A stretch of DNA of 64,000 bases from Euglena gracilis (taxonomy: Eukaryota): positions 48,463,847 through 48,527,846 of the forward strand of contig CP154954.1 of NCBI GenBank assembly GCA_039621445.1, given 5' to 3'. Under the pieces are notes generated by a model. It ran no database searches and was not told the DNA's origin. It saw only the letters and a list, made by a program, of their open reading frames with translations. Positions 27,084 through 40,535 of this stretch are shown one piece after another (the stretch's first letter is position 1; every line of letters starts with the position of its first letter). A program made the translations under genes and the position numbers.

Positions 27084-28403
27084 CAGGGTTCGATACAAGG
27101 AGGGTGTACGGGGTGGAGTGTTCCCCCCTCCTAAACTGAGGGGGGGAACAAACCACAGAGTCATTTAACACCTGTGTGACCCCACCCCCTGCTGAGAGCG
27201 GGTGGGTGGGTTGGGGGCTCTGGACCCCCCAAACGCATTTTTTCACGAGTTACCCCAATTTGTTTGCATTTTTTGACCATTTTTTTGAAATTTTTGGATT
27301 TTTTTTGAAATTTTCAATTTTTTTTGAAATTTGTCATAATTGCTGATCTTTTGGTGCCGATTTTTTTCAGGGTTTTGGGCAAATTTTTGCATTTTCTTGA
27401 TTTTTGTGCCTTTTCTCTAAGATTTTGAACATTTTTGTGCATTTTTTTTTGAGGCCAGGCTAGTGCATTTCCCCTCCTCGTGGTCAGTTTTTAGGCCAAA
27501 GATCGGGGCCCCCTGGGGGGGGGTGTGGGTGGGTAGGTTTTCAAAAAAGTCGTTGGGTGGGTTTGGGCTTTGGGAAAAGTCCCCCCCCCATGGGTCACTT
27601 AGTGAATCTATTGTGCAGACCACACATTGCTTGCGTGTCCGACCCCCCCCCCCCGGGGGTGACTTATTGGTTTTTTCGGAGTGGCTGACTGGTTTTGGCT
27701 CCACACCTGGTGCCTCAGGTGCCGGAAATTTTTTTGGGATTTTTGGCAAAAAAAATGCATTGATTTTGAGCCATTTTGGCCCGAGGGCCCCAGGGGGGTC
27801 GGAAATGGGTGACTGGTTTTGAAAGTGACCGACTAGGTTTTCTTGAAGTTGACAGTAACCTGCCTCCCCGGGGTTTGGTAGGCAACTGTGTGGTCCAGAC
27901 CATGCCATCTGACCCCCCCAGGTGACTGAGTGGTTTTTTTTTTTGGAGTGATCGACCGGTTCTTTTTTTTTTTGGCTCCGGACCCCCCACCCCTCAAGGG
28001 TGGGGTCAGCCAGATATGGCTGAAAGTGGCCACCCATCGCCGAAGATGCCGTATTTTTTTTTGGTTTTTGCCCAAAATCCTTTGATTTTTGACCATTTTT
28101 GGCTCAGTGGCCAGAGTGACCCCCCCCCCAAGGGGTAGGAAGTTGGAAGTTTCAACAAGTGATTGGCTGGTTTTTTGAAAGTGGAAAGTGACCCCCGTCC
28201 TCCCGGATGAACCCCCCCAGGGGCGGGGCTCCCCCTAAATCGACCAAAAATGCCATTTTGGGCTATTTTTAGAAGAACATTTGTCAAAATCCAAAGCTTT
28301 GGTGAGAAAAAAAATTGACCTTTTGGGTGTTCCAGGCCTGCGGGGAAAGGGGTGTCCTCCACCCCCCCCCTCCCCGACCCCACCTGCCTTTCACCGAACC
28401 CTG
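27084..28403. mobile_element. CAG...CTG TIR element (intronic)
   Basis: CAGGGTTCG...CGAACCCTG; flanks ccgagggg/cccagggc (6/8). Confidence 0.5.
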
Positions 28404-28890
28404 CCCAGGGCCATAATATTTGGGGTTAATCAAACAAATAAGATTAATGCGGCAACAGCATGGCATAGTGACCCTAGCCCTGTGCTTTTGGTGGCTCCAT
28501 GTCTTCAGCAAAGGACCAACTGAGGCATCCCAACTAAGGCATCCCCCCCCCCCCCGCCAGAAGGGGGATACCTAGAAGAAAATTACGCACACATGAGTGA
28601 TTAACTGCTTATGTGTTTTCATATTGGCATATTTCATGTAAAAATATGTGTATTGCGACCCCCCTCTATTTGTGATTTTCCTCTAATTAAAAAAATTGAT
28701 TCCTGAGCCTCTCAGATCTCAGGGGGGGGGCAATTGGTGGTGAGTGCTGATCCCTCCTATTGTCACTTTTTTTTCCTTTGGCCCCTTTTCATTTGGAACC
28801 CCACGCCCTTTTTGCCAGTTTTGGGGATAAGGTGCAGTCATATCGCCGCCCCCCCCTTATTTTCAAGAATATTTTGGAATGGGGCAGGAT

Positions 28891-29187
28891 CAGGCTGCAT
28901 TTTAGTCGGGTGCTGATCCCGGGGGGTGCCTGCCTGGGCAGGCACTCCAAGGCACTCCAAATCCGACCCCCTCCCCCCCGGGGGGGGGGGTAGGGCACAC
29001 GGCCAAAAGTGCCCTATCACAACCCCGGTGCCGAAGGCGCTGGGGAGCCAAAAATGGCCTATTTTCAAAGGAATGTGCCTGGGCACAGGCCGAAATCCGA
29101 CCCCCCGGGGGGGGGGTAGTGCCTGCCTGGGCAGGCACTCACAGGCACTCCGGACCCCCCCCCAGGGTTGGTAAAAAAAACAGCCTG
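28891..29187. mobile_element. hAT-type MITE with perfect 8-bp TSD
   Basis: ggcaggat|CAGGCTG...CAGCCTG|ggcaggat; same family as 47792-48103. Confidence 0.9.
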
Positions 29188-31440
29188 GGCAGGATCTAGG
29201 ACCCCTTGGAGGACCCACTCTTACCGTCACCAAGGAGTTCTGTAGGACCCAAAGGGTAGACAATGGAGAGGGGTGTCACGTTGCACACACACAAACACAC
29301 ACACACAGACACATATGGCAAGTTTAACTCCTGGGAAACAATGTATGTGTGCATATGTAAAAAAATTTACATGTCATACATGTGCGCGTGTGTATGCATA
29401 CATAGATATATGTGTGCTCATGCCCCCCCAAATTGCCCCCACCCCCAAAATTTTTAGCAAAAACCAGAAGATTTTTTAAATCATTTTTTTTTTAGATACC
29501 TGGCCACCAGCGCCCCAAAGGCATACCACCTTTTCAAAAAAAAAATGCCTAAACCACCCCTTGAGGTCGCCCCCCATGACATACCTCCCCCCTCAAAATG
29601 GCTCCTAAAATGAGACAGACACACACATACTCACATAAATAGATCACACATACAACACGCACCCGCATATACGTGAGAATATCTACCATACCTGCCAAGG
29701 TACCCGGCCAGCCCTGTCTGGCCGGCAACACGTGAACGACCCCATGGCTTTTTTTAAGGTCCCAGCAAATTCTTTTACATTTCCCACCGTTTTGAATATA
29801 TTTTTAAAATTTCAATTTTCTGACCATCAAAAATGGCCAAAACGGGCTGTATTTGGGGCCAGGAGGGCAACTGGCCCTGGAGGCCTGGTCACGGTAATAG
29901 AGGGCCCCTGGGGATTTTTTTTTTAGGTCCCTGCTGATTTCTTTTGATTGGTCGTCATTTTGGATATATTTTGAAATTTTTGTGTTTTTTTTTAACCCCG
30001 AAATGGCCAAAGATGGCTAAAAAAAATGTCAGAACAAGCCAAAACGCCCAATATTTGGAGCGAAGCGCCCTTAAAGTGACCCATAACTCCGGCTAGCTGT
30101 GGAGTTATAGAGAAATCAAAATACCGTTGGATGGGGCGTTCCAAGGACTTAATTTTAGGTCTGCGGACATTTCCTTTGATTTTGCTTCATTTCTGAGTTT
30201 TTTTTGGAAACATTTTTTTTGGAAACATCCCCTTTTTTCACCACGAAAACAGCCCAAGATGGTCCCAGAAATGAGCCAAAATGGCCGAAAACTGGCCGTA
30301 AGTTGGGCCACATGAAGTGGGAAAAAAGTTGTTAGGATATTCCAAGGGCTTCATTTTTGGTCTCCGGACATTTCCTTTGGTTTTGCTTCATTGTCAAGCA
30401 ATTTTTTTAAATCGATTTTTTGACCAAATCAGCCAAAAAGACACCCCAAAATGGCTGTCTTGGGCCATAAAAGCGAGCTGGAATGCTGGCAGGCGTGTCG
30501 GCAGCCAAAACGGCGTCTGGGGGATAATAGAGGGTCTCCAGGGGTGCATTTTGTCTGACAGGCCAATTTCGTCTGACAGACACTTTCGGAAGAAATGTAG
30601 ATATTTTATATATTATTTATTTATGTATTTAACACACATATTTTGCATATTATAAAATATATTATATTTTTGAATAAATCTGAAGAGATATGAGCTCAGC
30701 GGACCCCCCCCCCCCCTAGGATTTTTTTTTTGGAAGCTCAACGCACGCAGCCATTTTTCAGAGTTTTGTCTGACCACAACAGTATTTAATTCCACACAGC
30801 AAAAACACCCCAGAAGCTCCAGGCTGGAGTGGCATTCAAATATCTCTTTGATACATCAAAATCATTTTTTTTTGCCCAATTTTGCACATTTTCAATTTTG
30901 CGCCTTTCTTGCGCCTTTTTTGCCCAATTTTGCACATTTTGCCATTTTTGCACATTTTCCACCCAAATCATATGCTCACCGAATTTTGCCCACGTTCAAC
31001 TGACCCATTTCTGTAACCAACGAACCCATTTTCGCATTTTTTTTTTTTGGCCAAAATGCCTTCATTTCAGCTCTTTTTGGTGATCTTGGTTTAATTTTGG
31101 GTTTACTGTTGGAAATTTGTCTAAGTCCTTTTTCCCTTAGGAACGTCACAAACTCAGCGCATTTTTTGCGCATTTTTTTTGCGCATTTTTTGCGCATTTT
31201 TGCGCATTTTTTCTGAGGGCCGTCCAGCGCATCCCCCCCCCCCCCCTGCTGACAAGGAGGCCCAGAAAACCCTGCTTGCGGATGTCCCCCACCCCCAAAT
31301 GCTTTCAAATCCCTCAACTCCACCCGAAAGTTGTTTTTTAAATTCCACTTTTAAACCCGAAACTCACCGAAAATTTTTCAGAATAGGCCTGCAGCTGACC
31401 AACTTTTTTTGCTGTCCTAAACTCCCACCTCTCTTTCCAG

Positions 31441-31551
31441 GTGTATCTTATGATGAGCTTTTGGAAGAATTTCTGGAGTGCTCCGAGGCCAGAGATTGGC
31501 ACATTGCCTATCTTGTGCCAAACTCTGCCAACGGCCCAGTTCCCTTCTTTG
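31441..31551 (+). CDS. Exon of gene A
   Basis: ctctttccag| (G)VSYDELLEEFLECSEARDWHIAYLVPNSANGPVPFF; 3' end uncertain. Confidence 0.65.
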
Positions 31552-31833
31552 GTGGCACGGCACATCGTCCATCTGACACCAGGATTTTTCGGTCGGCTGC
31601 AGGAGAGGCGAATGGCGCTAAGCCCCAATGCACCATGCGCACTTTGTCCCCATACGTGGTGTTTGAACCTCCATTGAGACTCAGCCGAATTATATGTTCC
31701 CTCCATCCATTCCCTGGGTTATTTTTATGGCAATTTTTTGTTTCTCACACAATGGATATGGTTTGAGGTGCGACCAGAAAGTCAACTCCCCTGAGTTTTA
31801 CACAACATTTACACCATCGATTTTTCTTCAAAG

Positions 31834-32003
31834 GATCCAAATACCTTGAGAAATGGGGAACTAGTTTTGAAGCCACCCTGCGGAGCCCTGGCGTTCCATA
31901 ATATGTCAAAAACGACCTGTGTTGTTTTTTATTTGCTCTACACTCCATTCCAGCCTCATCCATCAACACCGTCCAAGGCATATTACCCATTGTGAAACAA
32001 GAC
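31834..32003 (+). CDS. Two possible small exons of gene A (31834-31890 and 31954-32003)
   Basis: Phase-consistent bridge (G)SKYLEKWGTSFEATLRSP(A)SSINTVQGILPIVKQD between 31551 and 34647; needs one GC donor. Confidence 0.3.
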
Positions 32004-32314
32004 GTTTTTGTTTAAGCTTGGCATGATCTCCTGATCTTCTGGGGGATCCTGGTGGGTTTGGGCAGCTGGACATCCCCCCCCGATGTTTTTTTCAGGGATT
32101 TTTGAACCATTTTTTTTGTGGGGTTGGGGGGTGGTCGGGCGGGTGGGATTGACCGCCTGGGAGGTTGTGGGTGGGTTTTCAAATGTGGTTTGGTGGGTTT
32201 CATTTTTTTTAGTCAACACCCCCGGGGGGACCTTCCTGAACCAGAGACAATTCCTGTACCATGTTCTACGTTTTGAATTTCGACTCTTTGCAAGGACGGT
32301 CACAGGGATGGGGG

Positions 32315-34050
32315 CAAGCACCTCTGATGATGCTGGGCGATGCTGGGCGATGCAGGGCGATGCTGGGCGATGCTGGGCGATGCTGGAATTTTGGAGACCA
32401 GAGGTGGGGTTCCGATGCTGGGCGATGCTGGGCGATGCTGGGCGATGCTGGGCGATGCTGGGCGATGCTGGCATTTTTTTTGTACATTTTGAAGAATTAA
32501 ACCCATTTCTGGGATAATTTCCCCACAATTCTCCAGTCTTACACCCATTTTGGCCATTATGGATCAATTTTTGCTAATTTGGGGGTTATTTGTCACTGAG
32601 TTGGCAAATATTAGGCTAATTTGGGTCAATACGAGCATTTTATGGCATTGTGGGCCATTTTGTGCCTTTGTGGTGATTTTGGGTCATTTTCACAATCTTT
32701 TGGCGTTTTTGGGCATTTTTTTTGGTCATTTGAAGCATTTTGGGTCATTTTGGTTGCTTTTTGGGGGCTTTTTGTGGTCAATTTTGGGTTTTTGTGGTCA
32801 TTTTTGGGCTTTTGTGGTTATTTTGGCTAGGTGGCTGGGTGCCAATGGATGAATACTGGACAGACTCTGGACAAGATGCAGATGCTGGACAAGATGCAGC
32901 CGTCGGACAAGATGTACATACCAGACAAGATGCCGATGCTGGGCAAGATGAAGTGGATGCAGATACTGGACAACATGCAGATGGTGGACAAGATGCAGAT
33001 ACTGAATAGATGCCGATGCTGGACAAGGTGCCGATGCTGTACAAGGTGCAGATGCTGGACAAGATGCAAATGCTGGACAACATGCAGATGCTGGACAAGA
33101 TGCAGATGCTGGACAAGAAGCAGATACTGGACAAGATGAAGTGGATGCAGACACCGGACAACGTTGCAGATACTGAGAAGATGCCGATGCTGGACAAGAT
33201 GCAGATGGTGGACAACATGCCGATGCTGGACAAGGTGAAGATGCTGGACAAGATGCAGATGGTGGACAAGGTGCAGATGCTGGACAACGCCCGTTGCAAT
33301 TGCAGGAGTGCCACCCTCCACCCTCCAGCACAACAACTGTTTTGGTCTCTGTTTGTCTGACCAGCAAGGGGCTTGCAACTTGCACTCGACGTTGCCATCT
33401 CATAGGCCTGCACACCACATCTTGTGCTGCCAAAAAGCAGCAAAAGTGGTCAAAAAGTGGTCAAAAAGCAGGCAAAAGTGGGGCAAAGTGGTCAGAAAGC
33501 AGCAAAAGTGGTCAAAAAGCAGGCAAAAGTGGGCAAAGGTGGTCAAATAGCAACAAAGTGGTCAAAAAGCAGCAAAAGTGATCAAAAAGCAGCAACAATG
33601 GCCAAAAGTGGGCAAAAAAGTAGCAAACGTGGGCAAAAGTGGTCAAAAAGCAGCAAAAGTTGTCAAAAGTGGTCAAAAAGCAGGCAAAAGTGGTCAAAAG
33701 TGGTCAAAAAGCAGCAAAAGTGATCAAAAAGCCGCAAAGGTGGTTGGAAATGGGCAAAAGTGGGCAAAAAGCAGTAAAAGTGGTCAAGAAGCAGTCAAAA
33801 TTGGTCAAAAGGCAGCAAATGTGGGCAAAAGTGTTCAAAAAGCAGTCACAGTGGTCAAAAATCAACCAAAGATAGCCAAAAGTAGCCAAAAGTGGGCGAG
33901 AGCGGCAAAAGCAGCAGGCATAAAAGGTACACCTTCAAGGGCTCCAAAGGCGATGCTGGGCGATGCTGGGCGATGCTGGGCGATGCTGAGCGATGCTGGG
34001 CGATGCTGGGCGATGCTGGGCCTAGGGGCATGGATGACCAGAGGTGCTTG
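32315..34050. mobile_element. Non-autonomous hAT element with (GCGATGCTGG)n subterminal arrays and internal minisatellites
   Basis: gatggggg|CAAGCACCTCTG...CAGAGGTGCTTG|gatggggg. Interior has an 18-bp gatgctggacaagatgca array (32845-33290) and an aaaagtggtc array (33430-33900). Confidence 0.9.
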
Positions 34051-34646
34051 GATGGGGGGGGGCAGGGTGTATTTACGGCCAGGGTTTCTTTTTCTCACCA
34101 CGTGAATTAATCCCAGGACCAGTCCCCCAGCCTCGAGAATGCCACGACATTGCTTTTATAAAAACCAACCCTCTCCTAATTTTACCCCCTCCAAATATAA
34201 AGCACACCCGGCTTCGTATTTGGGCAGGATTTCAATACCCTCAGGCGGGCTTTATATTTGGGGGGGCTTTTCAATTTGGGGGCTCAAACTTTTCTGGGCG
34301 ACCTATACAAATTTGGCAGCTTTCAAATACCAATTGCATACCAACATTTGGTTGTGCGCCCCCACATATATATGAAATTTCTGTCCAAAATTCCGGAATT
34401 CTTCTAGAAAATTGTAAAATCCACCAAAATGTTTCTTCTTTTTCCTGAATGATGTATTGGCGAGCATTACATATTGGGGAGCTTTATTTTTGGTTTGCAA
34501 AACCAACCCCCTGGGGGGGGCTTTATATTGTGGGGGGGGGTATGGCATGGTGTCTCGAGGGAGAATATTTAAACTGGATGTCTGCCTTTTGTCTCTTTTT
34601 GTGTGCACTGCAAGTCGCCCTCTAAGGTTCGCCGTGTTTTCCATAG

Positions 34647-34880
34647 CGAGCAAGCGTGATGGGGCTTCCTCTGACGAGCGATGGGGAGGAGAAGGACATG
34701 CTGATGCAGCTGGCCATCCGGATCATCAATGAGATGACCACAGCCAAGTCCCGAATCACCGAAATGTTGGCCAGCCCGTTTCTGCCATGGAATGGCCTTT
34801 GGTTGATGATGTCCAGAAGTGGGCTGTTCATGAATGCTAATGACAAGACAATAGCTGCCCTTCTGGACCTTTGCAAAGAC
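34647..34880 (+). CDS. Exon of gene A
   Basis: ttttccatag| RASVMGLPLTSDGEEKDMLMQLAIRIINE...LLDLCKD |gtatgg; phase 0. Confidence 0.75.
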
Positions 34881-35919
34881 GTATGGCATTTGCCCCTGTG
34901 CTCTTTTGTCTCACCCTCAACACCAAAAAGGAGTTAATATTTGAAATTCCTCTTGTCAATTCGAGCTGTTACATCCTAACTGGAAAGGTATGACTACCAT
35001 ATATAGCCGATGTATCCATATTAATGGATATAACAAACTGTACCATGAATACAGTCACATTTTCTGGGAATATACCGAAGGGACTTTTTTCCGAGGGGCA
35101 TTAATTCACTGGTATTTAAATTGTTTTGACGTCTCTACAAAAATGCCTGGAGGGGCAGCCACCCATTACATTTCATTTTTTTTCTGCAGGGGACATCCCA
35201 GTTTTCAGGGGTCTAATTCTGCGGACTCATTTCTGAGGGTTATGATGCTTCGAATAACAGTCTTGTGGATTCCAGTATCTGCAAATTATATGCGTCAGTT
35301 TGCGGAATTTGCTTGGGGGGGGTCGTCCCGACCACCTGCGAGGACTGGACCCTGAACCCAGCGGAGAAATCGCGAAAGGTGGCCGAAGCTGCAAAGGAAC
35401 CCCAGAGAGGCCTCTGAAGCATCGTTTTCAGTTTCGCCAACTCCTTCCAAAGGAAACGTGTCCTGGCCAAACCGTCGGCTGGGCCCAGCAACACTTCCCT
35501 CCTGGGTCGGCGTGGTGATCAAAAAATTCCCGGTTTTGGGGGAGGGGCAGGTGGGGGAGGGGGTCCACCTGTGCAGGAGGGGGACCCCCCCCTCCTGCTG
35601 GTGGGTCGTTGGGAGTCCGACGATCCCCCCTGCCAGGGCTTTCCCAGCTTTGCCGCGGCGGGGCAGCAGCAACGGTTGGATTTCACTTAAATCGTGGGGA
35701 GGGGCTGCATGGTGGCAGAGGAAAGAAATCCAATGTTTTGCTCACATGTCCCGTGCTTGGGACAAAACAGGCTGGCATCCACGGCGTGCCGACATGCAGT
35801 GCCGGTGATGCTGGCAGTCAGATGCCGGGGCAGGGGAAGAAGTGTGCCCGTAGGGACCCACCGCCCCATTGTGGCCCCTACTCCTACTCAGCCTCGTCTC
35901 CGCCGGTGTCCGCCCGCAG

Positions 35920-36066
35920 GAGGGCGGCCGCCTGCCGGCGGTGCTGGACGCCCCCGCCGTGGCCCGGCTGCGCGGCGGGGTGCGGCGCCAGGTGGCCGCC
36001 CTGCTGGACGACGACGAGCTGGTGGCGGACGTGTTCGTCAGCACGCTGCACAGCTACACCGGCCAG
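35920..36066 (+). CDS. Exon of gene A
   Basis: cccgcag| EGGRLPAVLDAPAVARLRGGVRRQVAALLDDDELVADVFVSTLHSYT(GQ); strong GC3 bias. No GT donor; ends at 36060 or 36066. Confidence 0.8.
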
Positions 36067-36215
36067 GCCGCCGTCTCCCCGGGTCTCCGCCGTGCCCCAG
36101 CCCGATCCTGACCCCCCCCCCCCCGACTCCAGAGCAGGCCGATGAGGGGGGGGGGACTCGCCTTTGCGCCACGCCGGACGCACCACCGCGCCGCGCCTGA
36201 CTCACCACCGCGCAG

Positions 36216-36240
36216 TGGCCACAGTGGCTTCGGAAGGGCG
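36216..36240 (+). CDS. Micro-exon of gene A
   Basis: cctgac...cgcgcag| WPQWLRKG |gtgcac; phase-consistent. Confidence 0.45.
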
Positions 36241-37050
36241 GTGCACGTGGAACATTTTTGCAGAGAACCGCTCCTTAGGTATAAAGTCTGGCGTCAAAAA
36301 GGGTCAAAAAAGTTTTCAGCCATTTTTCCTGCAGATTTTTCGTTGATGTGGTGAAATGCATTTTTTAATGGGATATTTTGGGGATTTTTTTTTTAACGCT
36401 TCAGAACCCGCTACAGCTTCCGAGGGGACGGGGACAAAAACTCGCACAAGCTATTCATGTCTTCATAACTGCTCAAATTCCACGCTCTTCCACTTCTGGG
36501 GGTTCCGGTCCAGAGAGTGCGGCTGTTTACGCTCTGCAAGGCCATATGGGAATCCCCAGAACACTATTGGTGGGCAGGGTCGACCGCCCCGCACCCACCT
36601 GTGTGAGGGTATCTGACCCCCCCACTCCACCTGGCCTTCTTGTATTTCCGGGGGCTCCGATTTATTTTCAGCACCAATAGTGTCAGAGTGTGGAGTTCTC
36701 TTTGCAAGGTTCTGTGCTGGGTGGGGTCGGTCCCCTCAACGTCTGCGTGGGGGTCCGCCCCCCCTCCCCTTAAGTCATTCCTACATAGCCCTGCCCTGTA
36801 TGTGTCTCACCACCATTTCCGGAGTGCAACCTGGGAGGAAAGCCAAAAGTTGATATTTTCTTTCGCCCCCCGAAATGTGGCACCAAGTTTTGATTCCCCC
36901 AGACTTGACCTCTGGGAATATGAAACCAGCCAAAAATGCAGGAGAACCCTGGGCGTGCCCGGCGTGTGGCATCTGCCAGTACCCGGTGTCATTCTGGAGT
37001 AACAGATCTCCCCTTTTGTTTGCTTTCTGACACCTTGCAGCACCCCGCAG

Positions 37051-37102
37051 TGTATTTGAAGTCGGTCACAAAGGAATCTCTTTTCCAGGTAGAAATGGAC
37101 AG
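37051..37102 (+). CDS. Small exon of gene A
   Basis: ccccgcag| (V)YLKSVTKESLFQVEMD(R) |gtcgag; phase 1 in, phase 2 out. Confidence 0.45.
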
Positions 37103-37303
37103 GTCGAGAATTCTGCAAAATATGAATGCTTCCGGACTTCCAGTTCAGTTGTCCCCAACTCACTTCCCTCTTTGGGACACCCTAGCACACCCCAATAAAA
37201 GTATACAGGTTTTTTGATGCCAGGTCTGCTGGTTTTCAAAAGAATACCATTTGCACAACTGGCCCACGCAACTCCGTCCCAACTGCGAGTTTGGTCTCCC
37301 AAG

Positions 37304-37400
37304 ACGGAGGCAGAGGGTTGAGGGACGGCGGAATGACTGGGCGAAGGCGAAGGAGGCGGGCGACATGGAGGTCCAGAGCGCGCTGGAGGTGTTGCTGCAG
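37304..37400 (+). CDS. Exon of gene A
   Basis: cccaag| RRQRVEGRRNDWAKAKEAGDMEVQSALEVLLQ |gtgtgg. Confidence 0.75.
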
Positions 37401-37505
37401 GTGTGGCCCCCACAGTGCTGCCGCGGCCGCTCCCGGTCCCGCCGACCGATTGCCCGGCGGCACGGTTGATGTGTCACTTTGGGATCCTCATTTTTTGCCT
37501 GGCAG

Positions 37506-37585
37506 GTATTTGCCCAGGAAGTGATCCTCCACATGTGCAAGGGAATTGAATGGGACGACGACACCGTGCCCGAGACCTTCATCCT
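37506..37585 (+). CDS. Exon of gene A, 5' half of an exon split by a TIR element
   Basis: ttttttgcctggcag| VFAQEVILHMCKGIEWDDDTVPETFI(L). Confidence 0.7.
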
Positions 37586-37588
37586 GTG

Positions 37589-37859
37589 CAGGGACAGGAA
37601 AGTATTCCGGTGCTAAATGAACCGGAATTAACTGGAATAAAAATTTCTGGAATATCCGGAAAACTCCGGAACATCCGGAATAAAAAGATGAAAATGATGG
37701 AGGGGTTTTGTCGTTTTTATTATGGACTTCCAAGCTTCACTTTCACTGCATGCATGGCCCTGACCTCACTGAGAAAAGAAGGCAGTGATTTTTGTGCCAC
37801 GTAAACTCAGTGCAGTGATTTTTGATGTGTGTTGTGGGTGATTTTTGTGGGTGGTTTTG

Positions 37860-37902
<43 letters not shown>

Positions 37903-40508
37903 GGTGCTTTTTTGGGGGGCTTTTGCGGTGGGGGGGGTTTTGGGGTGGGGTTCCGGCGGTTTGCTTTGTTGGTTGGTGGCAGGCTGTTTCGGGGTTTTGG
38001 TGGTTTTTTTGGGGTTTGGGTCGCCTTCATCAATGATCCAGTCAGATTTTTTTTTTCCACTCTCGCATTTTTGTGCCATTATTTCAAAGGGGTCCATTTC
38101 TCCAAAAACAAAAACTTTCCAGCAACAACCCATAAAATGGACATGAATAAGTCCCCCCTTCGGGCTTTCCAGCAATCGACCCATGAAATGGACCCGGGGT
38201 CTTATTGGGGGGGGGTAGATCAAAAATTTAGTAAGTGCTTTCGGAAATACTTGGCTGACTTTGGTCAATTTGAGCTGACAGCATTATCAGCTGTTTTATG
38301 ACATTTTGGTGGTCACAAGGTTTGAGAGCATTGTTGGCCAGAGAAATGCAGAAAATGCATCGCCCAGCATCCAAACCCCATCTGTGGTCTCCTAAAATAC
38401 AGCATCTCCCAGCATCGCCCGGCATCGCCCAGCATCACCAGAGGTGCCGGGTCCCCATTGATCACTGATGCATGATGATAAAAAGATTTTCCTTTCACCT
38501 CTTCTTTTTGTGCCTTCTTTCAGGCCTCCGGCCATTCCTTTTCCACTTTCATGGGGGGGTCCATTTCATCATCCAAAAATCCATTTCATGTATTTTTTCT
38601 CGGAAGGGCCAGGGGGGGTCTTAATCATGGGGGTCCGTTTCATGGATTTTTGCTCGGAACGTCCAGAGGGGGTCTTATTTTTTGGGGGGGGGTCCATTTT
38701 TATGTGGGGGTCTTATTTTGGGGGGTTGATTACAAAAACCAAATCAGCCAATTACCCAGAAAAATCACAAAATGGTCAAAAGTGGCAAAAATTAAGCCAA
38801 AATGGCCAAAATGGGTGAACATGGCCATTTTGTGTTATATGAGGCCATTTTTCACCTGACACCCAACTTTGTTGCACTTCACCCAGGTTCGTTTGCACTT
38901 CCCGTCAATTTGTTTGCAATTAACCAGAAAACGTTTGCACTTCACCCCATTCGTTCCCACTTTATCACAAAAATATGTGCACACTGTACCAAGATCATTT
39001 GCATTTTTTTTCAGAAAAATTTTGCACTGGATCTGGTGTTTTGCACAGTTGCCCTTTGAAACTCCAGCTGGAATGCATCTTTTTCCATAGATGCAGTGTG
39101 AGGTTTCTTTTCATTGAACAAAATTAAAATAACGGAGGGCAAATTTTCCTGAACAAGTGCAATTACTTTTGGGACGCAATGCAAAAAATTTGCCAGCCGT
39201 GGGAAAATGCATTTGAAGGCCGAGGCAAAAATTCTGACATGGTAGGGCAAATATTTTTGCCAGCCGTGGGCGAAAATTTCTGACGCTAGGTGTAGTTTTG
39301 GGTTTTTTTGTGTCATTTTGGCTAGACTTGTAGGCAATGAATGCGGACACTGGAGTGGATGCCGTAAATGGATGCAGATATTGGAGTGGATGCAGATGCT
39401 GGAGTGGATGGATGCTGGAGTGGATGGAGCAGATGCAGATACTGGACTGGATTGGATGTACTGGAAGCACTGGAGCATGCACGAGTTGGTACAGATAATG
39501 GAATGGGATATACACCGGAGTTGATGCAGTGGATGCAAGTATTTGAATGGATGGAGTGGATGAGAAGATCCTGGAGTTGATAGAAGTACTGGAGTGGATG
39601 CGATGCAAATATTGGAGTGTATGGTGTGGATGTAAATACGGGAGTGGTTGCAGATGATGGATTGTACGGAGGTCATGGAGTGGATGGAGGTATTGAAGTG
39701 GATGGAGGTACAGGAGTTAATGCCCTGGATGCAGGTATTGGAGTTGTCGAAAGTACCAGAGTGGATGAAAACCACTATGAAAGTTTGTGTATTTCGGAGG
39801 AATCCCCAGACAGATGGAAACGTGATCCACTTTGTTTAATGGGATCCCTGCATCCAAAACTGCAGCAGTGTTCACCATTAGTGCCATCTTTGTTCAAATC
39901 CCATTGGAACTGAACTCCCGTTCACATATTCACTGAAAGAGCTGCCAATTGATGAATTATGATCAACGACAAACCCACATTTCAGCTTGTTCAAACTTCC
40001 CTTGGAAGATCTAAACCCGAAATAATTTTCCTGTGTCCTAATTCTTTGCGTACCGAAATTGTTTTGCAGGGGGGAAGGCCAAAAAAGATCGGTCCAAGTT
40101 GTTTTGCCCTCAACAAGGAAAAAAGGGGGGGAATCGATGCATCTTTACACATGTGTGTCTGAGGCACACACACACATTTTTTTTGGATTGGCCAGTGCTC
40201 CTAAATTGACAAATATTACCAATTTGACAAGTTGTTGAACGACCGTGTCAGTGCCACAAAGCAAGCTCTTAACAAAGAAACAGCCGGTTGTTCATTGAAC
40301 GTGATGTTTCATAGTTAAGCTGGGCAACCAAGGAATTAAGTTAAAGTTAAGGAATGGATTCCCGAAACCCGAGAGAAGCTTTCCAAGTCTTTTCTCAGCA
40401 CAAAGTGGCCGGAAATTATTCTGGAACATCTGGAATAAATTCCGGAATATTCCGGATTAACACCCCGAAATAAAAATTTGGACCAACTGGAATATTTTCC
40501 TGTCCCTG
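37589..40508. mobile_element. 2.9-kb TIR element in coding sequence; candidate non-conventional intron
   Basis: tcctgtg|CAGGGACAGGAAAGTATTCC...GGAATATTTTCCTGTCCCTG|tcctgtg (19/20 TIR, 7-bp TSD); clusters of ccggaa motifs at both ends. Confidence 0.88.
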
Positions 40509-40512
40509 TCCT

Positions 40513-40535
40513 GTGGCAGGAGATCCTCATCTCTG
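40513..40535 (+). CDS. Exon of gene A, 3' half of the split exon
   Basis: Continues (L)WQEILIS then |gtcacg in phase 1, matching the acceptor at 42040. Confidence 0.55.

Noticed and set aside
32778-34105. Repetitive ORFs (QDADAG, MLDKMQ, KSGQK)
   Set aside because: Minisatellites inside a non-autonomous hAT element, with stops and no splice support; the similar tract at 39350-39770 is also element-internal.
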